This document shows, in pieces, positions 17,012 to 24,062 of a stretch of 45,355 bases of DNA. The position numbers and the translations under genes were made by a program. Every line of letters begins with the position of its first letter. The first letter of the stretch is position 1. The stretch is from contig JAVVUK010000004.1 in the NCBI GenBank assembly GCA_036653215.1, positions 1-45,355 on the forward strand, written 5' to 3'. The DNA is from Rikenellaceae bacterium (GTDB taxonomy: Bacteria > Bacteroidota > Bacteroidia > Bacteroidales > Rikenellaceae). The notes below the pieces were generated by a model. The model was not told where the DNA came from and did not search any database. It saw only the letters and a program-made list of their open reading frames with translations.

Positions 17012-18283
17012 TTATTTTGTCGCTTCTACCAAAACAGATGTCAAATGTGATAGCTCCTCATTAGAAATAATGTATTGTGGCATTATGTAAACCAACTTTC
17101 CGAAAGGACGAACCCACACTCCATTTTTGACAAAGAAGCTTTGTAGGGTTTCCATATCTACATAATCTTTCATCTCAATAACCCCAATAGCCCCTAAAAC
17201 CCTCACGTCAGCCACTTTAGGAGAAAGACGAGCAGGCTCTAAGCCCTCTTTTAGAAGCTCTTCGATCTCTTTTATTCGAGGAAGAGGCGACTTTTCGGTA
17301 ATCATCTTTAAGCTCTCTATTGCCACGCTGCAAGCAAGCGCATTTCCCATAAATGTAGGTCCGTGCATAAATGAATAAGGCTCACACATAGAGATTGTAT
17401 TTGCTACTACGTCTGTTGCTAAGGTTGCTGCAAAACTCATATATCCACCAGTCAACGCCTTGCCAACACACATAATGTCTGGTATTATGTCTGCCCACTC
17501 ACAGGCGAACATCTTACCGGTACGTCCAAACCCTGTTGCTATCTCGTCAGCAATAAGAAGTACATCATATTTGTTACAAAGAGCTCTTACTCCTTTTAGA
17601 TAATTAACATGGTAAAACCACATCCCTCCCGCTCCTTGAACGATAGGTTCGAGGATGAAAGCCGCCATATTACGATGATTTTCTTCAAAAAAATGTTCTA
17701 ATGCTTCTAAAGAGGTGTTATCCCATTTTTTGCCAAAAGCGATTGTTGGTCTTGGCGTGAAAAGCTGTTCTGTAAGGCGATTGTTATAGATTGTGTGCAT
17801 TCCACCCACAGGGTCGCAAACGCTCATTGCGTGCCATGTGTCGCCGTGATAACCGCCGTTGAAAGTAGCTATGTATTTCTTACTTGGCGTGCCTTTAGCT
17901 CGTTGATATTGAAGAGCCATTTTCAGAGCCACCTCCACAGCCACCGAGCCAGAGTCTGAGTAAAAAATCTTATTGAGCCCATTTGGTGTAATATCCACTA
18001 AACGACGACCCAACTCTATTGCCGGAGAGTGTGTCAATCCTCCAAACATGACGTGTGAAAATTTATGTATTTGATTTTCAAGGGCAGCATTGAGCCTCTT
18101 GTTGTTATATCCGTGAATTGCAGCCCACCACGATGACATACCGTCAATGAGTTTTGTTCCGTCTTTAAGGATTATGTTTGTTCCCTCACATCGGTCTACT
18201 TCATAGACTTTAAGAGGATTAGACATAGATGTATAAGGGTGCCAGAGGTGTTCTCTGTCAAAATCAAGATCTGAATTTGTCAT
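17012..18283 (-). CDS. bioA: adenosylmethionine-8-amino-7-oxononanoate aminotransferase
   Basis: Collinear with E. coli BioA from the N-terminus (MTNSDLDFDREHLWHPYTSM vs MTTDDLAFDQRHIWHPYTSM, from memory) through LIADEIATGFGRTGK and VRVLGAIGV. The start is set at 18283, not 18307, because a -7 box overlaps the longer start. Confidence 0.9.
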   Translation of the reverse strand: MTNSDLDFDREHLWHPYTSMSNPLKVYEVDRCEGTNIILKDGTKLIDGMSSWWAAIHGYNNKRLNAALENQIHKFSHVMFGGLTHSPAIELGRRLVDITPNGLNKIFYSDSGSVAVEVALKMALQYQRAKGTPSKKYIATFNGGYHGDTWHAMSVCDPVGGMHTIYNNRLTEQLFTPRPTIAFGKKWDNTSLEALEHFFEENHRNMAAFILEPIVQGAGGMWFYHVNYLKGVRALCNKYDVLLIADEIATGFGRTGKMFACEWADIIPDIMCVGKALTGGYMSFAATLATDVVANTISMCEPYSFMHGPTFMGNALACSVAIESLKMITEKSPLPRIKEIEELLKEGLEPARLSPKVADVRVLGAIGVIEMKDYVDMETLQSFFVKNGVWVRPFGKLVYIMPQYIISNEELSHLTSVLVEATK

Positions 18284-18304
18284 AATATGCTTTTTATGTT
18301 CCAA

Positions 18305-18312
18305 CAAATATA
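18305..18312 (-). promoter_or_regulatory. putative -7 box (TATATTTG on minus strand) for bioA
   Basis: TAnnTTTG match about 22 nt upstream of the MTNSD start at 18283. Confidence 0.4.
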
Positions 18313-18387
18313 ATAATTAAATTCGTCTTATGGAAAATAGATCAATAAAAATATTGGTAAACGAGATTATGTAAGATATCCATAATA

Positions 18388-18426
18388 ATACAACGCCTAC
18401 AAATTTAAGATTTGTGGGCGTTGTAT
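18388..18426 (-). terminator. hairpin terminator downstream of the DUF2059 gene
   Basis: 17-bp stem atacaacgcctacaaat / atttgtgggcgttgtat with one mismatch and a 5-nt loop, 44 nt beyond the stop at 18470. Confidence 0.55.
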
Positions 18427-18469
18427 TGTTTCCTTTCTATAAAAATTAATGGTTATCTATGTCTCAATG

Positions 18470-18901
18470 CTATTTCAAAGCGTTTGTAATGAGCTCTTGT
18501 AGCCCCAACGCCCATTGTTGACCTACTTGCATAGATTCGATGGCCATAGGTTTTTGTGCTTTGGCAATTTCCTTGCCTGCTGGGGTGTTATAAAACTTAA
18601 CAGACTCCTCCAATGTTGATAAAGATAAGTTTTTCTCATATACAGGAGATAAAATATCTATAAGGCTATTTATTGCTTGTGGTTGTATCTTGGCTTTTAT
18701 TTCGGCTGCCTTTTCTGGGGTTGCGGATGGAGCCAACATTTGAATTAGCTGGTCCATAACCGCATCGAATGCTATGTTAGAACCAGATACTTCCATATAA
18801 GTCTTAAGAACCTCTTTATATTTACTATTGTTGCTTTGTGCATTTACCTCAGATGTCATAAGACATAGGGTTGCGATTGTTACAATAAATATTCTTTTCA
18901 T
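18470..18901 (-). CDS. DUF2059-like secreted protein
   Basis: 143 aa. Signal peptide (MKRIFIVTIATLCLMTSEVNAQ). Helical protein whose FYNTPAGKEI motif is typical of DUF2059. Confidence 0.55.
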   Translation of the reverse strand: MKRIFIVTIATLCLMTSEVNAQSNNSKYKEVLKTYMEVSGSNIAFDAVMDQLIQMLAPSATPEKAAEIKAKIQPQAINSLIDILSPVYEKNLSLSTLEESVKFYNTPAGKEIAKAQKPMAIESMQVGQQWALGLQELITNALK

Positions 18902-18929
18902 CTTAATTTTTTAATGAATGGTGCTATTA

Positions 18930-18937
18930 CAAAGATA
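18930..18937 (-). promoter_or_regulatory. putative -7 box (TATCTTTG on minus strand) for the DUF2059 gene
   Basis: TAnnTTTG match about 29 nt upstream of the start at 18901. Confidence 0.4.
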
Positions 18938-19083
18938 TAGTTTTATTTATTGTCGGCAAAATTAATGATAATAAATAAAGTTAAAGATGAGGTTTTTGAA
19001 ATCCTTACGCTGAAAAAAAAAGAGGTTTGGTAGAATAGGTTGGTTGTTGGTTGAAAAATAAATATTTATACATATATATATTA

Positions 19084-19091
19084 TATGTTTG
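19084..19091 (+). promoter_or_regulatory. putative -7 box (TATGTTTG) for the Hdr-like operon
   Basis: TAnnTTTG match 20 nt upstream of the ATG at 19111. Confidence 0.4.
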
Positions 19092-19110
19092 TATAGATAA
19101 AAATCATATA

Positions 19111-19809
19111 ATGGGAAAATATTACGATGCACTAATGCAGGATGTCCGTTTCGTGGAGGGGCTTAACGCTTGCATGGGGTGTGGGGTCTGTACGGCGATC
19201 TGTCCGGCGGCCGAATTTTATCTTTACGATCCTCGTCAGGTCGTCCTTCAAGTGGAGAGCAAAGACGATGAGACAATAGAAAAACTTCTTAAAGGCGATA
19301 TGATATGGTATTGTGGTCAATGTATGTCATGCAAACCACGTTGTCCACGTGGGAATACGCCTGGTTACATAATACAAGCTTTACGTACTTTATCTCAAAA
19401 TTTAGGCTTTTTTGTGTGTTCCGAAAAGGGTCGTCAGCAGCTTGCCATAAAACGTACCGTTGGTGAAAATATAGCGACAGTGGGATATTGTATAACTCCA
19501 CGTAGGGTCGATCCTGCACTTCATTTAGAGCAAGGTCCTGTTTGGAAATGGGTTTATGAGAATGACCAGAAGGTCTTCGATAGGCTTTCTGAAAATTATA
19601 ACAAAAAAGGAGCTGGCAACTTCCGTGTCTTAGACGATGATGTCCTTAAAGATATAGAAAACATATTTGAGGTTACCGGAGGAAAGGCTTTTTTTGATAA
19701 TATAGAGAAATGCTCGGATGAATATGCACGTAAAGAGGGATTTAACGGTGCAGACGACGAATATTTCAAAATGGTATGTACTGCAAATAACGGAAAACAT
19801 AATGGCTAA
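19111..19809 (+). CDS. HdrC-like 2x[4Fe-4S] protein
   Basis: 232 aa from MGKYYD. Two ferredoxin motifs, CMGCGVCTAICP and CGQCMSCKPRCP, in HdrC-like spacing. The ORF-track TTG start at 19051 adds an AT-rich, implausible leader. Confidence 0.75.
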   Translation: MGKYYDALMQDVRFVEGLNACMGCGVCTAICPAAEFYLYDPRQVVLQVESKDDETIEKLLKGDMIWYCGQCMSCKPRCPRGNTPGYIIQALRTLSQNLGFFVCSEKGRQQLAIKRTVGENIATVGYCITPRRVDPALHLEQGPVWKWVYENDQKVFDRLSENYNKKGAGNFRVLDDDVLKDIENIFEVTGGKAFFDNIEKCSDEYARKEGFNGADDEYFKMVCTANNGKHNG

Positions 19810-20878
19810 AATATTTAATTCATGGACTGACTATCAAAAAGAGATAGCAGACGACAACTACTATTATGTACGAAGTTGCATAAGACAAAATTTCTTTCCG
19901 GGATCGGAGACAATGTTTTTAAAGATAATAGGAGATGATCTGGGTAAAAACGTATTTGACGATCCAAAACACACTTCTTGTTCGGGTATAGCATATCATG
20001 CAGACATAGTCCCTATGGAGACTACAATGACCATAGTGGCACGTCAATTTGCAACAATGACAGAGGCAGGATATGAAAATCTGGTCCCTTCGTGTATCAC
20101 CTCTTTTGGGATATATGCCGAGATTATAGATACGTGGAAACATTTCCCTAAAAAGGAAGAGCAGATCCGTGAGATGCTTTATAAGGCGACAAAAAAAGAG
20201 TTTGTGGTTCCTAAAAACTTAGCTCACACTTCCGATATAATGTTTAAATATCGTGATGAGATATTTAAAAAAAGGAAATATTCGCTTGTAAATAAAAAGA
20301 CAGGCGAGCCTTTGCGTGTGGTTGACCACATAGGATGTCACTATGCTAAGGTGTTTCCTACAAAAGGGGTTGGTGGGTCTGAGTTTCCTTATGTCCTTGC
20401 CGGTATGGTTGAGGCGTGGGGTGGCATTTCTGTGGACTACCCAGAGCGTCGTCACTGCTGTGGCTTTGGCTTTCGCAACTATCTTGTTCAAGCAAACAGA
20501 GGCTATTCTGTGTCAAATTCAAAACGTAAATTTGAGTCTATGCAACCATACAAACCAGATTTTATTGTTGCTAATTGTCCGGGTTGTACCATGTTTTTAG
20601 ATAAGTGGCAATATACAATTTACGAGATGGAAAAGGTGTTTTATGGCGATAACGGAGGGATCCCTGTCCTCACTTACGAGGAGATGGCGGCTCTTATTAT
20701 GGGTTATGACCCTTGGGAGATAGGTCTTCAGATGCACCAAGTGGACGTGGAGCCTCTTTTAGATAAGATGGGCATTGAATATGACCCTGAAAAAAAATAC
20801 CTCGATAAAGATGGGAATAAGATGGTACGTCCAGAACTTGCAGGGATAAATATTTGTGGCAGTTGTAATATAATATAG
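19802..20878 (+). CDS. HdrB-like CCG-domain protein (N-terminal CCG domain degenerate, C-terminal intact)
   Basis: 358 aa from MAKIFNSW. The C-terminal domain has the full CXnCCGXmCXXC pattern (GCHYAKV...HCCGFGF...NCPGCTMF). The N-terminal domain reads C...SCSG...SCITS. The start overlaps the upstream stop by 8 nt. Confidence 0.75.
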   Translation: MAKIFNSWTDYQKEIADDNYYYVRSCIRQNFFPGSETMFLKIIGDDLGKNVFDDPKHTSCSGIAYHADIVPMETTMTIVARQFATMTEAGYENLVPSCITSFGIYAEIIDTWKHFPKKEEQIREMLYKATKKEFVVPKNLAHTSDIMFKYRDEIFKKRKYSLVNKKTGEPLRVVDHIGCHYAKVFPTKGVGGSEFPYVLAGMVEAWGGISVDYPERRHCCGFGFRNYLVQANRGYSVSNSKRKFESMQPYKPDFIVANCPGCTMFLDKWQYTIYEMEKVFYGDNGGIPVLTYEEMAALIMGYDPWEIGLQMHQVDVEPLLDKMGIEYDPEKKYLDKDGNKMVRPELAGINICGSCNII

Positions 20879-20879
20879 G

Positions 20880-21884
20880 ATGAATAATGTAATTATAGTA
20901 GGCGGTGGTTTTGCAGGTATGCAAACAGCATTAACGCTCAATCAGCTTGGCATTGGTGTAACGCTTTTTGAAAGGGAAGAGACGCTTGGTGGACACGTCA
21001 GAAATTGGCATACTCTTTTTCCAGATATGTCATTGGCGGAAGACACGTTGCAACATATGATAGATGCCGTTACCTCAAAAAATATAGATATTCGCTTTAA
21101 TACAGAAGTGGTAGATATATCTAAAAATAGTGTAACTCTTAAAGGTGGTGAGGTTGTTGCAGCAGCTGCCGTAGTGATATGTTCTGGCTATAAACTCTTT
21201 GATGCTAAGCTAAAACAAGAATATGGATATGGAATTTACGATAAAGTTATCACTTCTGCCGATTTTGAGAAGGCTTTTAAGGAAAATAAAGTAGAAGAGA
21301 TATGTGGAGGCACTCCTAAGACTATCGCTTTTGTCCATTGTGTAGGTTCTCGAGACCAACAGGTTCAACAAGAACATTGTTCGAGAGTATGTTGTGTCAC
21401 AGGAGTTAAGCAGGCAATCAAGGTGCGTAAGTTATATCCCGATTGTGAAGTTTATAATTTCTATATGGATATTCGTATGTTTGGTGCAGGCTATGAAGAG
21501 ATGTATCGCACTGCTCAACAACAATATCACATCCACTTTATTCGTGGTCGTGTGTCTGAGGTAACTCCTAAGTTGAGTGGGGAGGTGCTTATAAAAACAG
21601 AAGATACCCTACTTGCACGTCCTATGCGTATCAGTGTCGATCTTTTAGTGTTGATGATAGGTATGTGTGCTGGCGATGACACCAAAACGTTCGCCGCCTC
21701 AACAGGAATTACGCTTCGTCCAAGTGGTTTTATAAAACCATTAAACTCATTTGAAGGGAATGGACTAACAGGTGTCGATGGCATATTTATGGCAGGTTGT
21801 GCGGCGGCTCCTCATAATATACAAGAGACTATAAATAGTGGGTCTAACGTCGCCCTTGAGGTTGCTAAATATTTGAAGAAATGA
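20880..21884 (+). CDS. short HdrA-like FAD/[4Fe-4S] flavoprotein
   Basis: 334 aa. Rossmann motif IIVGGGFAGMQTA and the HdrA-type cluster motif HCVGSRD...HCSRVCC. No ferredoxin insert or extension domains. Confidence 0.75.
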   Translation: MNNVIIVGGGFAGMQTALTLNQLGIGVTLFEREETLGGHVRNWHTLFPDMSLAEDTLQHMIDAVTSKNIDIRFNTEVVDISKNSVTLKGGEVVAAAAVVICSGYKLFDAKLKQEYGYGIYDKVITSADFEKAFKENKVEEICGGTPKTIAFVHCVGSRDQQVQQEHCSRVCCVTGVKQAIKVRKLYPDCEVYNFYMDIRMFGAGYEEMYRTAQQQYHIHFIRGRVSEVTPKLSGEVLIKTEDTLLARPMRISVDLLVLMIGMCAGDDTKTFAASTGITLRPSGFIKPLNSFEGNGLTGVDGIFMAGCAAAPHNIQETINSGSNVALEVAKYLKK

Positions 21885-22207
21885 CAAATTGGGGATATGA
21901 CTTGATGGCTACACGTAGCATCAATCTTGATACTGCTGATTTTAAACCCTCAGACAAGCTATTTGCGTGTGAGGAGGCTTTGAGGGCTTGTATAGGGTGT
22001 GGTGCTTGTTCGGCAGCTTGTACAGCAGGGCTCATAAGTTCGTTTAACTTTCGTAAGATGCACACATATATTCGTCGTGGCGAGTTAGGAAGTATCAAAG
22101 AAGAGGTACAAAAGTGTATGCTGTGTGGTAAATGCAGTATGTTATGTCCAAGAGGCATAAATACACGAAATGTGATAGTATCAATAAAACGTATATTTGC
22201 AGATTAA
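21881..22207 (+). CDS. small 2x[4Fe-4S] ferredoxin-like (HdrC-like) protein
   Basis: 108 aa. Motifs CIGCGACSAAC and CMLCGKCSMLCP. ATGA start/stop overlap with the upstream gene. Confidence 0.7.
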   Translation: MTNWGYDLMATRSINLDTADFKPSDKLFACEEALRACIGCGACSAACTAGLISSFNFRKMHTYIRRGELGSIKEEVQKCMLCGKCSMLCPRGINTRNVIVSIKRIFAD

Positions 22208-22209
22208 CT

Positions 22210-23991
22210 ATGGGACACTATTTTCACCTCTTTACAATTCCTTTCACAGTAGGTATGCTGTTCCTTTTCACTGTTCTTATCGTGAAATATACTACATGGA
22301 TAAAAAATTTGTCTGCTTCCGATAAATGCCTTGTAAAGAAAGGTATATGTACGATATCCACCTTTAAAGCCACGTGGAACACGATCAAAGAATCGCTTCT
22401 ACACGTATCTATATTTAAGAGAAATAGGCTGTTGGGATTTATGCACGCCTCTCTTGCTTTCGGGTGGTTCCTTCTTATCGTCGTTGGGGCTATGGAGTCG
22501 TCAAATGCTCTTCGTGGCTCGTTAGAGATGCCTTATGTTCATATATTTCTAAAGTTTTTTGTCCCTACCGAGAGCAATGCTTTGGCCGATATATATGCCC
22601 ATATCATGGACGCTCTTCTTCTTATAATATTGATAGGTGTTGCTTTAGCTTGGTATAAGAGGTTTAACTCAAAACGTATGGGGATGCGTAAAACAACAAA
22701 GCATACGTTGGGGGATAGGGTCGCTATTGCTTCTTTATGGGCAATCTTCCCTGCTCGACTTTTGGCAGAGAGCGTTACGTGTGGATTGAATGGTTCTGGT
22801 GGGTTTATGACGCACACTATTGGAGAATGGCTTGTCAATCTTTTACCTTTTGAGGTATTGGCTTTTGCGGAACTTCCTATGTGGTGGATCTACTCTTTGG
22901 CGTTAGGCGTATTTTTTGTCGCCCTTCCGTTTTCTCGTTATATGCACATCTTTACCGAAATACCTCACATCTTTTTAAAAGAATATGGCGTGCGTCCCTC
23001 TAATGAGGCATCTTCAATAGATAATTTCCAAATTCAAGCGTGTTCTCGTTGTGGGTTATGTATCGATAATTGTCAGCTTCAAAGCGATCTAAATATCACA
23101 AAACAACTTCCAGTCTATTTCTTGCGAGATAGACGTTATGGCAAAGATTGTGGCTCTTCGGCCGATGAATGCCTTATGTGTGGGCGTTGTAGCGTTGCTT
23201 GTCCTGTGGGTATAGACATAAATATGTTACGTCAAAATAGCCGTAACACGCTACATAAAAAGACAGACATCAACAGCTATTCATATCTTCAAGAACAGAG
23301 TGTTGGTAGTGGCAAGGTGGGCTATTTCTCAGGTTGCATGACCAAGCTAACTCCTGCTACGATAACATCTATGTTAAAGATTTTCGCTGCTGCGGGGGAC
23401 GATGCTGTTTACTTGGATGAGGAGGGTGGCGTATGTTGTGGTCGTCCTTTGATGTTGTCCGGAGAGATAGAGTCGGCACGTAAACTCATGGATTTTAATA
23501 AAGCATTGATAGCAAAAAGTGGTATCACGACGCTTGTTACCTCATGTCCGATATGTCTAAAAGTATTTAAGGAAGAATACGATTTGAAGGGTGTAGAAAT
23601 AATCCATCATACTCAATATATAGATCGTCTTATTTCTCAAGGTCGCATAAAGGTAAATCCAACTAATTTAAAATACACATATCATGATCCTTGTGAGTTG
23701 GGACGTGGCTCTAAGATATACGATGAGCCAAGACGTGTCATAAGTGTTGTAGGTGAGCTTGTTGAGGCTGCTTCTAACAGAGAAAATTCACGCTGCTGTG
23801 GTTCGAGCCTTGCACATACCTCGCTTTTAACGGCTCAAAAACAGCAGATTAGAGATATCACATTATCCGAATTTGTAGCAACGGGAGCTGAAGTCCTTGT
23901 CACCTCATGTCCTTTATGTATGAGTTCTTTTAATACTAAAGAGTTGACTGTGAAAGATATATCCGAGATCGTGGTTGGGAATATACGGTAA
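22210..23991 (+). CDS. fusion of NarI/DsrM/HdrE-type membrane cytochrome b with HdrD/DsrK-type Fe-S/CCG protein
   Basis: 593 aa from MGHYFHLF. About 5 TM helices with conserved-looking His residues and an LPFSRYMHIF motif (NarI-family PFSRxxH). These are followed by CSRCGLCIDNC and CLMCGRCSVACP, then two intact CCG domains (C...VCCGRP...SCPIC and C...RCCGSS...SCPLC). The ORF-track start at 22132 overlaps the previous gene. Confidence 0.75.
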   Translation: MGHYFHLFTIPFTVGMLFLFTVLIVKYTTWIKNLSASDKCLVKKGICTISTFKATWNTIKESLLHVSIFKRNRLLGFMHASLAFGWFLLIVVGAMESSNALRGSLEMPYVHIFLKFFVPTESNALADIYAHIMDALLLIILIGVALAWYKRFNSKRMGMRKTTKHTLGDRVAIASLWAIFPARLLAESVTCGLNGSGGFMTHTIGEWLVNLLPFEVLAFAELPMWWIYSLALGVFFVALPFSRYMHIFTEIPHIFLKEYGVRPSNEASSIDNFQIQACSRCGLCIDNCQLQSDLNITKQLPVYFLRDRRYGKDCGSSADECLMCGRCSVACPVGIDINMLRQNSRNTLHKKTDINSYSYLQEQSVGSGKVGYFSGCMTKLTPATITSMLKIFAAAGDDAVYLDEEGGVCCGRPLMLSGEIESARKLMDFNKALIAKSGITTLVTSCPICLKVFKEEYDLKGVEIIHHTQYIDRLISQGRIKVNPTNLKYTYHDPCELGRGSKIYDEPRRVISVVGELVEAASNRENSRCCGSSLAHTSLLTAQKQQIRDITLSEFVATGAEVLVTSCPLCMSSFNTKELTVKDISEIVVGNIR

Positions 23992-24016
23992 TATAGTTGA
24001 TTTTAGAATAGATAAG

Positions 24017-24062
24017 AAAAGAACATGGTATCAAAGTCATAACTTTGATACCATGTTCTTTT
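24017..24062. terminator. bidirectional rho-independent terminator
   Basis: Perfect 21-bp stem aaaagaacatggtatcaaagt / actttgataccatgttctttt with loop cata. It sits between the convergent Hdr-like operon and the patatin gene, and its right arm overlaps the patatin stop codon. Confidence 0.85.

Noticed and set aside
19051-19801. Longer ORF-track starts for the HdrC-like gene (19051, TTG) and the HdrB-like gene (19718)
   Set aside because: The 19051 extension is AT-rich promoter sequence that contains the -7 box. The 19718 extension lies inside the HdrC-like CDS. The internal ATGs at 19111 and 19802 give compact, coupled genes.
20880-21884. Possible selenocysteine (in-frame TGA) in the HdrA-like gene, as occurs in some HdrA proteins
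   Set aside because: The ORF is uninterrupted and all cluster-motif positions are encoded as Cys. There is no in-frame TGA.
22132-22209. Longer start for the membrane Hdr-like gene (ORF-track start 22132)
   Set aside because: The extension overlaps the 3' end of the ferredoxin gene in another frame and adds a basic, non-hydrophobic leader. ATG 22210 begins directly at the first TM helix, 2 nt after the upstream stop.
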